A stretch of DNA of 63,406 nucleotides, counting the filler, from Octopus bimaculoides (taxonomy: Eukaryota): assembly GCF_001194135.2 (NCBI RefSeq). It is 4 parts of 3 records of this genome, joined end to end, with 100 filler letters (N's around TTAATTAATTAA, not from the genome) between each part and the next. Parts side by side here need not be neighbours in the genome. Positions count along the whole stretch, not along the records: positions 16,252 to 31,324 come from NC_068983.1; positions 31,425 to 57,537 come from NC_068989.1; 2 more parts are not named here. The stretch is one strand, 5' to 3'. Position numbers and translations under genes: made by a program. Positions within the stretch are counted from its first letter, which is position 1; the number at the start of each line of letters is the position of its first letter. Below are positions 23,906 to 35,975 of the stretch, in pieces. The notes under the pieces are model-generated. The model had not been told where the DNA came from, searched no databases, and was given only the letters and a program-made list of their open reading frames with translations.

Positions 23906-25430
23906 GTTTAACATTATACATAAATGTTAAATGCATTGAATGAATAGTGGCTTGGTTGTAAATGAGTTTTTAACAAATCCACTAAAATGTAAGGTTAAAG
24001 TCCACGAAACCAGGTAAACCTGTTACATACTGAAGATAAAATCATGACATTTATTTCAAAATTGTCTTAGCTTTATCAAACTTGTTTTTCGAATGACAAT
24101 CAGGGCGCTTTCATTGGAAAGGAACCAGAAATATTTCGCTTCTGCAGCTCACCTACTAACTTGGCTTCGCGGACTAAAATACAATATAAGAGTTAGTTGA
24201 ATTGTATGAATACCACACGATAATGAATACCAGGCTATGTATGAGATTTGGGGGACATTAATCGGATGGCAAATATATACAAAGTAGCGATGTATTACTG
24301 TAATTCCTCAAGGTAAGTTTACTTCATATTCCCTTTTCCAATCTATTCTAGTATACCTTTGGTATGAAAAAGTAGACTCGTTCCTAATTTTCGAAACTGT
24401 CATCTCTTTATTAACCGGATCAAAACGCTACTTGAAGAATACAGATCTCGTACAAGATCCCACGTACGAGACTATTTTATAGAGAGAGCAAGTCCTTTTA
24501 CAATCTTTACATTTTTACTCTTTTCTTTTAGTCGCTGAGACGGGCCATACTAGAAACTTTTGTAGAATTCAGTCTGTCAAATCAATCCCGTACATGTCTT
24601 TACGTCCTTATATATTTTCTTTCGGCATTTAGAGTAACCGTACCTTTCACGTGAATATTGAATACTGAGAGGAAACTCACAACTCCTTTGGTAGAACGTA
24701 CATAATTTCCAGAGGTCACTGTAAATGTAGGTGTACAATAAGTAAATTGTGGTGATATATGATGCACTTTAATAAATATTAGTTGCACAGTTAACGTGAG
24801 ATTTCATTGCGATTGATGTGAGGTTAAATCGAATAAGATCATTTACGGCTATACGATTCATTGTTTAGGGACTAGAAATTTCTTTCTAATTTGAAACATC
24901 CTGGATCCCTTCCTATTTGTCGAAAAAGTATTAATATACTGTGGAGTTTTGTAGCTGATCAAATAATGCTTTGAGAGGCCAGTCTTAAAAATTAGATATT
25001 CTAGGTATTATTTTATTAAGGACAATACGTACGTATACGCTCACGTTTCTCTCTGTCGTTGAAGAAACATTATCCTATTACGCGATTCGTTTGGCATTGA
25101 GGTATCACAAATCGATGGAAAAGTACTCCTATCTAGTGGTCAGTCTTCAATGGGCCCAAATTTTGTCTTGTTCAAGAGCGAATTGTTAGGCTTCTTACAG
25201 AATCATTTCACATTCTAGATGCTTTCTTTCATTTGAATCTGCCCACATAACTTCATATGAAAGCGTTATCTATCATTATCGATTTGAGGATACACGGAGG
25301 CACTTGTGAGTAATTAACAAACGGAAGACGAAATTTCATTATACATGCTCAGCAACAGAGAACTAAGATTTGTGTACAGATAATTGTAGCTGTACCGTTG
25401 GTTTGTTGATAGTGTTGTTTAAATGCAACT

Positions 25431-25715
<285 letters not shown>

Positions 25716-26025
25716 TGATATCGATGACAAGTAGTAGCAGCCTCCACCTACTCAAATGCCTGTCTTTTCTGAAATACTGGAAAGATAAAGTTGCCAATAA
25801 TTTCGTTAGTACTAAATTATCTCTTAAATTCTGCATGAATTCTGTTTTGACTCCAAAATGCAGTATTTCCGTAGCAGCTTCTATCATCAACATGGTAATT
25901 ATTATTATTATTTTTGAGTGAGAGAGCAGTGCATGCAATCAAAGTTGTTGTTGTTGTTGTTGTTGTTGTTATTATTATTATTATTATTATTTTATGTTTG
26001 ACTTTTGTTTTGCATTTGTACAAGT

Positions 26026-26093
26026 TGGATCCAAGTCTCACCCAGAGACCTCAAGAGACAACAAGTTAGGTCTCTGGGTGAGACTTGGATCCA
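26026..26093. repeat. Perfect 26-bp inverted repeat with 16-nt spacer, flanked by (TTA)n/(TTG)n tracts
   Basis: TGGATCCAAGTCTCACCCAGAGACCT (26026-26051) / AGGTCTCTGGGTGAGACTTGGATCCA (26068-26093). Confidence 0.95.
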
Positions 26094-26370
26094 TTATTAT
26101 TATTATTATTATTATTATTANNNNNNNNNNNNNNNNNNNNNNNNNNNNNNNNNNNNNNNNNNNNNNNNNNNNNNNNNNNNNNNNNNNNNNNNNNNNNNNN
26201 NNNNNNNNNNNNNNNNNNNNNNNNNNNNNNNNNNNNNNNNNNNNNNNNNNNNNNNNNNNNNNNNNNNNNNNNNNNNNNNNNNNNNNNNNNNNNNNNNNNN
26301 NNNNNNNNNNNNNNNNNNNNNNNNNNNNNNNNNNNNNNNNNNNNNNNNNNNNNNNNNNNNNCCAGTTGTG

Positions 26371-27117
26371 TACTGCGGTCAATCAAATCGGCTGCCCCCC
26401 CCCTTCCTCCAAATTTCAGGGCCTTTGCCTAAAGTAGAAAGGTTTATTATTATTATTATCAGTATAAAGGCGGCGAGCTGGCAGAATCGCTAGCACGCCG
26501 GGCGAAATGCTTAACAGTATTTTGTGTGTCTTCATGTTCTGAGTTCAAATTCTACCGAGGTCGACTTTACCTTACATCCTTTCGGGGTCAATAAATTAAA
26601 TGCCAGTCAGGTACTGGGGGGTCGATGTAATCGACTATCCCCCGCCTCACAAATTCTAGGCTTTGTGCCTATAGTAGAAAGGATTATTATTATCATTGTT
26701 GTTGTTGTTATTATCATTATAAGGGTGGCGAGCTGGTAGAATCGTTAGCACGCCGGGCAAAATGCTTAGCGGATTTCGCCTCTCACTCTAATTTGTGTTC
26801 GAATTCCGCCGAGGTTGAATTAGCCTTCCATCCTTTCGGCGTCGAAAATTAAGTACCATTTCAAAACTGGGGTCGATGTAATCGAATCATTCCCTCCTCC
26901 AAAACTACTGCCCCCGTTGCAAAACTTTAAATCATTCTTCTTCTTATTATTATAATAAAGGTGGCGAGATGGCAGAATTCTTAGCACGCCGGGCGAAAAG
27001 CTTAGCGAATTTCGCCTGTCATTACAATTTATGTTCGAGTTCGACTTTCACTTTCATCTTTTCGGCGTCGATAAATTAAGTGCCAGTGAAACTATGCGGT
27101 CGATGTAATCGACTAGC
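26371..27117 (+). mobile_element. Tandem array of SINE family A (tail 26371-26432; copies at about 26466-26682, 26721-26935, 26958-27117)
   Basis: Three AAGG(C/T)GGCGAG(C/A)TGG(C/T)AGAAT heads in the same orientation, each preceded by the (ATT)n tail of the previous copy. Confidence 0.9.
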
Positions 27118-27247
27118 AACTGGCATGTTCGCAGCACAAAAATCTATTACTAGCACATAAAAAACATGTATTATGTCTATTAAATACTATTTATCTCTCA
27201 CCAGACGGAATACTTCTTTTGTTGATATTACCATCACGGAACAGTAC

Positions 27248-27285
<38 letters not shown>

Positions 27286-27309
27286 GTTTCGTTTCCTTTT
27301 CTTTTTTCC

Positions 27310-28130
27310 TTTTTCTTTCTCTTTTTTCCACCATGCCCGATTACAAATCTGTTTTCCCCAGCCAGTTGCCATGCTTCATCGCTAAATCCACAAGTTATTT
27401 TTTTATTCTCTCTCTGTTTGTTTTCTCACATTCCTTTCTGCTGAAGAGCATAGACTCGAAACGTAAAACACTTACTTTTCCGAGCGTCAAACAATTACAC
27501 CTGCTTGCTGTTCATACACCTGTCTTCGGCTTTTGTTTTTCTGTAAATTTCAACTATATATTATACACTCACGTGGTCAACCCAGTTTTATCCTGTTTTA
27601 ACCTCCTATTTTTGGACTTACACATCTCAACTACTGCCTGAACTTTTGGCACCTCTCCTCATTTAAATACCAGCACTCCACTCGAATTACCACTGGATAT
27701 ACTTACGGATTTCACTGGTCTCTTCCGTTGATGAACAGTCGCTCCAGTATACCACGACGTCTGAACGGTTTTGAACTATCGATTTTTCCATACACCATAC
27801 GTTGTTACTTAGCCTTTCTCTCTCGTTTTCTTGTCCTCTTCACCTCCCCTTCTTCTTTTCTTCTCCTTTTCTCCTCTTTTTACTTCTCTTTTTTCCACCA
27901 TGCCCGATTACAATTTTTTATTCCCAACCAGTCGCCATTCTTGATCGCTAATCCACAAGATTTTAAAATCTGTCTCTGTTTATTTTCTCATATTCCTCTC
28001 TATTGAAGAACGTATGCTCGAAACGTAAAAGACAGTCTCACTTTTGCGAGTGTCAAACTAATACATCTGCTTGTTGTTCATTCACCTGTCTTTTTCGTTT
28101 TTTGTTTTTCTGTAAATTTCAACTATATAT
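27310..28130 (+). mobile_element. Two direct repeats (about 250 bp each, period about 565 bp) of a Penelope-like pLTR, each with a hammerhead-like core
   Basis: Both units start TTTTTCCACCATGCCCGATTACAA and end CTGTAAATTTCAACTATATA. Cores are CTTT-CTGCTGAAGAGCATAGACTC-GAAAC-GTA-AAA (27434-27468) and CTATTGAAGAACGTATGCTC-GAAAC-GTA-AAAG (about 27999-28031). Confidence 0.75.
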
Positions 28131-28239
28131 AAATATATATTGATAGAAAAGACAGCAAAAGAAAGAGAGACCTTGATATTATGTAAATAGAATTGAGGGG
28201 CACATACATTGGTAACTGGAGAAGGAGATATAAGTTAAT

Positions 28240-28380
28240 TAGAAAGGACCAACTTGTAGTACGACAGGATTTCTTCAATCCATGGAACATTGGCTATTGC
28301 TGTAGAATAAACAGAAATGGTAGACGGCTCATCTGTGGGTCAGATGTTGGACTGTGTTTGCAGGCATCCTCATGCCATTC
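28240..28380 (-). pseudogene. Short CR1/L2-type LINE C-terminal remnant
   Basis: VQHLTHR*AVYHFCLFYS..QCS resembles the LQPLSHRR.V.SL..FY motif that is also seen at 29737-29931. Confidence 0.45.
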
Positions 28381-29569
28381 GTCGGTGATTTAATTTTCAG
28401 TGATGCATGTCTTTCGCTACTGCTGTTATTAAGTAATAAGTCTTACGGACATACGCACGCTCAAACACAAATAAACAAATATCTGAGAAAATATCTATGT
28501 CCACCTAAAGGTAGATGTACCGTTAGAATAAACTTTACTGCGATAGATACCATGGGAGAAATTTTCATACTGGTTTTTATGGTGCAAAATGTAATCTTGT
28601 TTATATTGCTAGCAGTGAGATAAATCCCTGCCATTTCCAGCGTCGAGATCATCGGCCACATGATTTCGAACTTCCTTGGTCTTGCCAATGATGGACACTC
28701 GACTGCTAGAGATAGCAGCGACTCATCTCAACGCCAGTGATATACAGAATAACAGTTTCAGAAAAGGCACTGGTGCCACGATTAGCCAGTAAGCTTGTGA
28801 AAAAAAAAAACAAAGAAAAAAACAGTGACCTTGTTAAAAACAGAACATCTACGCTTACGTGGGTATAGGTATTACTTCTTGTTATTAGTACTGGTTTTAA
28901 TGCTAATATATATTTTTTCATCTGCGAAGAAGTTAAAACTTTTAACGCGGTGGCCATAGAATATGCCAACTAGATATAATTATTTGTTTGGGTAAAAGTA
29001 GTATTAGACATTGGCAGATATTATTTTTAAAATATTGTAATTTACGTTAGGCAAGTCTAGCATGTTATCCTCTTATGAGATATCCATAGCCAAGCATAGG
29101 CTTTCTTATTTGCCAAAGTAGCGAATGGAGAAATCAATAAGTATCTTAGTATACTAAATCTGCCTTTGCAAGCGCCGTCGAATTGGAAAGTATGAAGCTG
29201 ATGAAAGATGGACAACAACATAAAAATAAGGAAATATGTTTACTCTCATCTATCTGATGATTAGGTTAAAGGAGAAGAAATAGATTAGTAATAGTCTAGG
29301 TGGAATATTAATCCAAGTGGGATGGAGGCATATGCGTTTAAGTTGTTAGCACTTTACAAAAATCTATCGCAGTGAAATGAAAGCTTAAATAGAATATCAC
29401 TGGCATATTTTACTGTGTGAATAGACTTATATAGATTTTTTTATTAGAATGTCCCAAACAAGCCGAGAAGCTGCTTTGAGTTAGGGACAATGAAGAAGGA
29501 GAAATTAAGACGAAAGGAATAACTTTATGTTTCATTAGAAAGAGTTTTGGCCATCAGAAGTACGAAAAC

Positions 29570-29945
29570 AATGAGATGGAAGATAGTTTCAAAGTCTGCC
29601 ATTTCGAAGAAATTAACTACGACCGTAGAAATATTTCCTTTTTCGTGGAAGTACAACAGCATCTGGATGAAAACACTGTGAGTTTCAAGTTAGTCAAGAT
29701 GGCACAAAGTGATCTGAAACCAAGAGAGGAAATTCATCAGAGTACTTCCTTTACAATAAGCATAGCACCCCCCCCCAAAAAAAAAAAAACAACAAAAGAA
29801 AAACAAAGACTATGAACGTCACATCGATGTGACAAGGGCTGCAGAGTTGATGCACGAGAGGGACCAATCAAATTGGTGACCCGCTTCTCAATCCAGTCGA
29901 GTAGATCGATCCAAGTTACACAATGGTGCACATGGCCAAATATGA
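29570..29945 (-). pseudogene. CR1/L2-type LINE C-terminal and 3' remnant
   Basis: DLLDWIEKRVTNLIG...TLQPLSHRCDVHSLCF, a typical C-terminal motif (LD.IQ.RA..LI...LQPL.HRR.V.SL). Confidence 0.65.
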
Positions 29946-30270
29946 CAACACTACTCTATACAGGGACGACTTGGATGTGAAATAGTCCTGTGACCTAAAC
30001 AATGACCCAACCTATTTCTTTCACATATTTTATTTCAAAATAATACATTTACATAAAAAAATGTTTCTATCCGTGAAAGTATTAAATATATAAGACCAAA
30101 AGATATTTCACTTCAGATGCATGTTAGAATAATATTTGAAATAAAAACCCCAAGAAACAAATACAAAACAAAACAAAGGAAATAAAAGTCAGCGGCCGTA
30201 CGCAGAACGGTTTCTAATTCACAAGATAAGATAAATTTCTAAAATCTTTTCTTTGAATATGATTCCTTAA

Positions 30271-30353
<83 letters not shown>

Positions 30354-31198
30354 AGTATTAAATGTTCTTAAGACTATTTCGACAGAAGAGCGACACAAGA
30401 AAAAAGAAAATAACAAGAAGTAATATAAACAATAACAGAATGAGGATAATAATCTCTTCCCTTAAATCTACACATTTTTCGCTTCTTTTCACAGCAGTAT
30501 TGGTGTTGCGTACATACATACCGACTCAAGAACAGCTGTACGCATAAACACGCGCACACAGTCACACATAAACATGCACGCGCGCACACACAGACACAGA
30601 CACACACACACTCACACCACGTACACACACAAACATAGGGAGATATCTGTTATGTACGCATACAGTGTACGTACATACACACACACACACACCGCACATT
30701 TACACGCACATGTCTGTGTATGAATTGTTTGCGGGCGATTGTATGCGTGAAGATGTGTATGTGAAAATGTTTCTTTCTATATGTACGTATATAAATACAT
30801 ACGCATATACACACCCGCACACCACCCCTCTAACGAACACACACAAACAAACAGACACTCATAAACGAGTGGACACACTCAACACCTACACGCACACACC
30901 TAAGAATAAGATTGTATATACGTAGAATAAATTACGTGTATTAGGTGCACAAAAGTTTGTATGTTTCTACTTACAAGTTCAGCGGTTATATTTCAAATAA
31001 CAATACTTATGCACAAGAATACACACGTAGAGAGTACACAGAAATATAAACAGACACATGCATACTTTGTGTATGTACTAGCGTGCCTGTGTACATAGTG
31101 TAGAGTACAGAAAATATTTTCTTCCTATACTCAACATGCACTTCCACACACGTGCACCATATATATTTATACATGCAAGCACAGACATACAAATCCAT

Positions 31199-31234
<36 letters not shown>

Positions 31235-31236
<2 letters not shown>

Positions 31237-31325
31237 TCTTTACTCTTTTACTTGTTTCAGTCATTTGACTGCGGCCATATTGGAGCACCACCTTTAGCCG
31301 AGCAAATCGACTCCAGGACTTATTN
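31235..31325 (-). mobile_element. SINE family D 3' end
   Basis: TACTCTTTTACTTGTTTCAGTCATTTGACTGCGGCCAT...CCTTTAG...AATCGAC.CCAGGACTTATT matches 46853-46940. Confidence 0.8.
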
Positions 31326-31424
31326 NNNNNNNNNNNNNNNNNNNNNNNNNNNNNNNNNNNNNNNNNNNTTAATTAATTAANNNNNNNNNNNNNNNNNNNN
31401 NNNNNNNNNNNNNNNNNNNNNNNN

Positions 31425-31451
<27 letters not shown>

Positions 31452-31457
<6 letters not shown>

Positions 31458-32682
31458 GTTCCAAAAAAGTGTATACACACTTTAGCAGTTGATAACTCAA
31501 TTGATGTTCTTTTTCTTTCCGGATGAAACCCAGTGGAATTAAGGATGGCAGATAGACTAAGATTTTAACAAAGGAAACATATCCTAAAATGCTACTGAAT
31601 GTGTGAAAACGCAGTTGAAGTACAAAGACAGTTTGGGGGGAATGTCAAAGAGATCCACCAACTTACCATCACGCAAATTAAAAATAAGTTTGAAGCCGAT
31701 GGAACTGTTCAGAATGTTCATGAGAAGCGTTCCGGAAGACCACGAACATCGACAACCCCTACAAACCAAGAAAGAGTGCTAGAAACGTATCACCAATGTC
31801 CAAGAAAATCTATGCGACTAGTGAGTCGTGAGATAGGTATGTCAAAATCGTTTGTCCAACGCATTTTGAAGCGTTGTCAATGGAAAAGTTACGTTCTAAG
31901 ATTAGTCCATGCTACTAATGATGATGATCCAAACCGAAGAGTACAGTACTGCGATTGGTACTTAGCACGATGTGTAGAAGATGCACACTTTCCAACAAAG
32001 ATTGTGTGGAGTGGTGAGGCCATATTCAAATTAAATGGTTCAATTAACCGCCAAAATTGCACCTACTGGGGACCTGAGAATCCGCATGTCATGGTGGAAC
32101 ACCATGTTAATTTATCAGGAGTTACAGTGTGGTGTGGCTTATCATCAAGAGGATTAATTGGACCATTCTGTTTTTGACGCTACTGTGACTGGTCCCATTT
32201 AGTTGAACTTGCTGCAACAGTTTGTCATGCCAAGCATTAGAGGGGACCTTGAAGATGAGGAATTTTGTTTTCAGCAAGATGGAGCACCTCCATACTACCA
32301 TCGTGATATTAGATCCTTCTTTTATGAGATCTTGCTAAACAGGTGGATTGGACGAAGGGGTTTCACCAGACCTCACACTACTGGACTTTTTATGGGAATT
32401 CCTAAAAGACAAAGTCTACGCTATGAAGCCTGCAACAGTCGTTGATTTGAGAGCTGCTATTGAACGAGAATGCACACAAATACAAAACGTGATGTTTGCG
32501 ATTCCATTACTTCGCATTATCAACAGTGCCAGGACCAGAATGGACGTCAGTTTGAGAACAGCTGTTGACAAAACAATAAAATAATGTCTGTAGATTCTAT
32601 TAAATTTTGAAAATGAAATGTATTTTAATAAACACCTACTTTACAATTATCTAAAGTGTGTATAGATTTTTGGGACACCCTG
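31452..32682 (+). mobile_element. Full-length Tc1/mariner element of the DD41D (rosa/Visitor)-like type, non-autonomous copy
   Basis: Imperfect TIRs of about 33 bp, (T/C)AGGGTGT(T/C)CCAAAAA...TATACACACTTTAG, with TA on both sides (31450-31451, 32683-32684). Length is 1231 bp. Confidence 0.92.
31545..32580 (+). pseudogene. Disrupted DD41D-like transposase
   Basis: ATG at 31545 is followed by two in-frame stops, then [32 protein letters not shown] (first D replaced by G), [25 protein letters not shown] and SPDLTLLDFLW. There are frameshifts and a deletion before SPDL, so the DD spacing cannot be counted in this copy. Confidence 0.88.
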
Positions 32683-33056
32683 TATATGTGTGTGTGTGTA
32701 TGTGCCGTTTGTTTATACATTTTTTCACTTATATATATATATATATATATNNNNNNNNNNNNNNNNNNNNNNNNNNNNNNNNNNNNNNNNNNNNNNNNNN
32801 NNNNNNNNNNNNNNNNNNNNNNNNNNNNNNNNNNNNNNNNNNNNNNNNNNNNNNNNNNNNNNNNNNNNNNNNNNNNNNNNNNNNNNNNNNNNNNNNNNNN
32901 NNNNNNNNNNNNNNNNNNNNNNNNNNNNNNNNNNNNNNNNNNNNNNNNNNNNNNNNNNNNNNNNNNNNNNNNNNNNNNNNNNNNNNNNNNNNNNNNNNNN
33001 NNNNNNNNNNNNNNNNNNNNNNNNNNNNNNNNNNNNNNNNNNNNNNNNNNNNNNNN

Positions 33057-33088
<32 letters not shown>

Positions 33089-33270
33089 TATATTTATATT
33101 TATATATATATATATACACACATATATATATATGTAGACATATATATACATATATATATGTGTATAAATATATGTGTGTGTATGTGTGTGTATATATACA
33201 TGAGAACATGTATATGTATGTATGTATGTATGTATGTATATATATATATACATAAATGAATTTATGTATG

Positions 33271-33317
<47 letters not shown>

Positions 33318-33858
33318 ATGCGTACGTGTGTGCGTGCGTACGTGCATGTGTGTGTGTGTGTAGCCAACAGTTGAGCAGCGGTTAAGCGCTCGGGAGGTAG
33401 AAAGTTCTTAATCAGAGTAAAACTAATACCGCAGAACAAGATTTCGCTACGAGAACTGTGCAGCTCAGACGTGTAATTAAAAGATTAAAGACGGACAAAC
33501 ATGAATATATAGCGTGATATCAATTATGTCATTTCACAAAACCAAATTAAAATTATTGAAGCAAAAATATATTCTTAAGTTGTTGACGTCAATAGAATTA
33601 AAACTTCAATAGTTCTTTTTTTTTTTTTGTAGTACGGAGAAACTTGAAGTAGATAAAGCTATAAATAATAGTAGGTGACTATTAAGTTAGAACACTCTTT
33701 AGGCAGAGAGAGTTGATGACTGCCCAAATCTCATCGTTCCAAAAAGAATTATTTTACAATAAATTCTTATGACGTCAACATATATTCTTATGACGTCAGC
33801 AGCATACAGTTTTTCCTGGTATGGATAAGGTTTCTAAATAGATAGAACATTTTCGAAG

Positions 33859-33930
33859 GATTACTTTACTCCAATGGTAGAATGTCTGTCATGTATACAG
33901 AGGATATGGGTTCGTGTCCCTCGTACAGCC
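33859..33930 (+). pseudogene. Degenerate tRNA-like sequence (TGT at the anticodon position; Thr-like) or SINE head
   Basis: D-arm-like CTCCAATGGTAGAA, anticodon stem TCTGT/ACAGA with 7-nt loop CATGTAT, T-arm GGG-TTCGTGT-CCC. The acceptor stem pairs poorly and position 33 is A rather than U. Confidence 0.4.
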
Positions 33931-34519
33931 TTCGACTCTTTTTCTACACGAAGGATTCTCGATATAGATTTCTTTTGTGAATTATTCGATGCGCTCGCCT
34001 ACAGTGTCTTGGGTATCCTTTATTAGACACTGAGGAATCAATATCAAAGATTACGTTTTGTGAGAATCTAAACGTAGAGATATTCAGAATGAAATGAAAC
34101 ACTAAACAAGTAATTCATCTCACTCGAAATTAAACTCTAAATAAATGCGAGAAAGATGTTTATCGAAGAGATGAAGTAAAATAACGGATATAGGATACTG
34201 ACACATATACTGAATCATTAATTCTAACAACTATTTATTTCTATGTTATTTTCCATTCCACCCGATATTTCAGGCGTCTCTTCTCCTTCGCGGCATAAAA
34301 TTTATTGCATTTTTTTTTTTTGTACTTTTGTGTGATTAAATACCGGCGCAAACCACCACCAGTATCTTTCGTATTTTATTAATTTACTAATATATTTACC
34401 CTGGTTTTTACCCTGCCTAACAAATTAGTAATGCTTTCCAGAAATCCAGAAACAGGACGTTATACCTAATCTTTAGAATTATATATAAGAGATTAATTGT
34501 ACATGAAAAAAAAAATATA

Positions 34520-35103
34520 GGATCTTTTTTCAAACGGGGGCCACATTTTTCATTAACGAAACACTTTGAAACTTGGAACACTGGTAGAATGTCATATAAA
34601 ACATCTTTTTCTCTTAGTCTTCTTAAAAAAAAAAGAAATCCATAAGTTATTCCATGTTAAAGTTGTCGTATTTCTGTAATTTCAACCAATCACTGACGTC
34701 CATTCAGCCGATATACATTAAGTGCCGACTACATAAACAAACGATTCTGAAACAATTAACCCTAACCCTAACCCTAACCCTAGGGTTAGGGTTAGGGTTA
34801 GGGTTAGGGTTAAAGCAAATTTAAAATGAAAAAAGCAAATAAAACGAAGGTATGGAGATTAAATACGCTTTACATCGCTTAATCAGCCAAAGGAGTAAAT
34901 GTAAACAACTGAATACTTGTCAGTGATTGGTTGAAATTATCGAAATAAGACAATTTTTTACATGAAATAAATTCGAATACAAAGATATTTTTCTGTTCTA
35001 TAACACAAAATAGATAAGTATACGAAGTTTGAAAGTCTTTCCGTACCAAAAACACTACGTAAAACATTAATGAAAAATGTGGCCCCCGTTTTAAAATAGA
35101 TCC
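34520..35103. mobile_element. Palindromic MITE (584 bp) with internal telomere-repeat palindrome
   Basis: TIRs of about 39 bp, GGATCT(T/A)TTTT(C/A)AAACGGGGGCCACATTTTTCATTAA. A second inverted block, TTCAACCAATCACTGAC/GTCAGTGATTGGTTGAA. (AACCCT)4(AGGGTT)5 at 34758-34811. Confidence 0.9.
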
Positions 35104-35834
35104 AAAATATATTTAAAACATATTTAAATATATTTAAAGAATGGCTTTCTTCCATTTTTCATAATTCAGTCGTTTTGACACTTAAAATTGTGTTGCTTTG
35201 TTACAAACACAATTACGTTATCAATACATTATATTTGTCAGTACAATACAGTTAATAGCTAATTGGTAGCCTGTCTTAAAATCTTTAGAAATGTTAAGCA
35301 CGACTTAGTCGAATACAGGGGGATGAAATAAAAAGAAGAAAAGAGAGAATGAATGGTAGAAAAAGAGAGAGTGATAAAAAGAACGAAATAGATAAAGAGA
35401 AAATGATAGGCGTCATTTTGATAATTTGAAAAAGATAAAACAATATAAGACAAGAGATCAACAGATGATAGTATTCCCAACATTTCTTCTGTTTGCAAAA
35501 AATATTTTGTTTAAATATAAAACTGTTAGGACTGATAAGGCGCCATGCTGGTAAAGTCATGAAAACTGTATTTGTTTCAGCTCTCTGCTCTCTAGTTTCA
35601 AATCTCACTGAGGCCAACATGTCAGAACAATTCGATGCACAGTAAAGCGAATATGGAATGGTAATAAAAGAAAACAATGAGAACCCGTAGAGACTGGATG
35701 ATCAACACCATTTTTTCTAATTAAGAATTCAGCTTTGCTTTGAGTCTTGTAGTATTCCACGTAACTTGTAATCACGTGACAAACTGGTAAGAGAATGCTG
35801 GAAAGTCATTACAACGAATCAGTCAAACAATATT

Positions 35835-35869
35835 CTCTCTCTCTAACTCTCGCTTTCTCTTCCTCCCTC

Positions 35870-35968
<99 letters not shown>

Positions 35969-35975
35969 CTATCTA
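35835..35975. repeat. (CT)n/(CTAT)n microsatellite
   Basis: Read directly from the sequence. Confidence 0.95.

Noticed and set aside
35294-35677. 127-aa minus-strand ORF that looks protein-like
   Set aside because: It overlaps a degenerate SINE family A fragment (about 35540-35630) and a purine-rich low-complexity tract, and has no recognisable domain.
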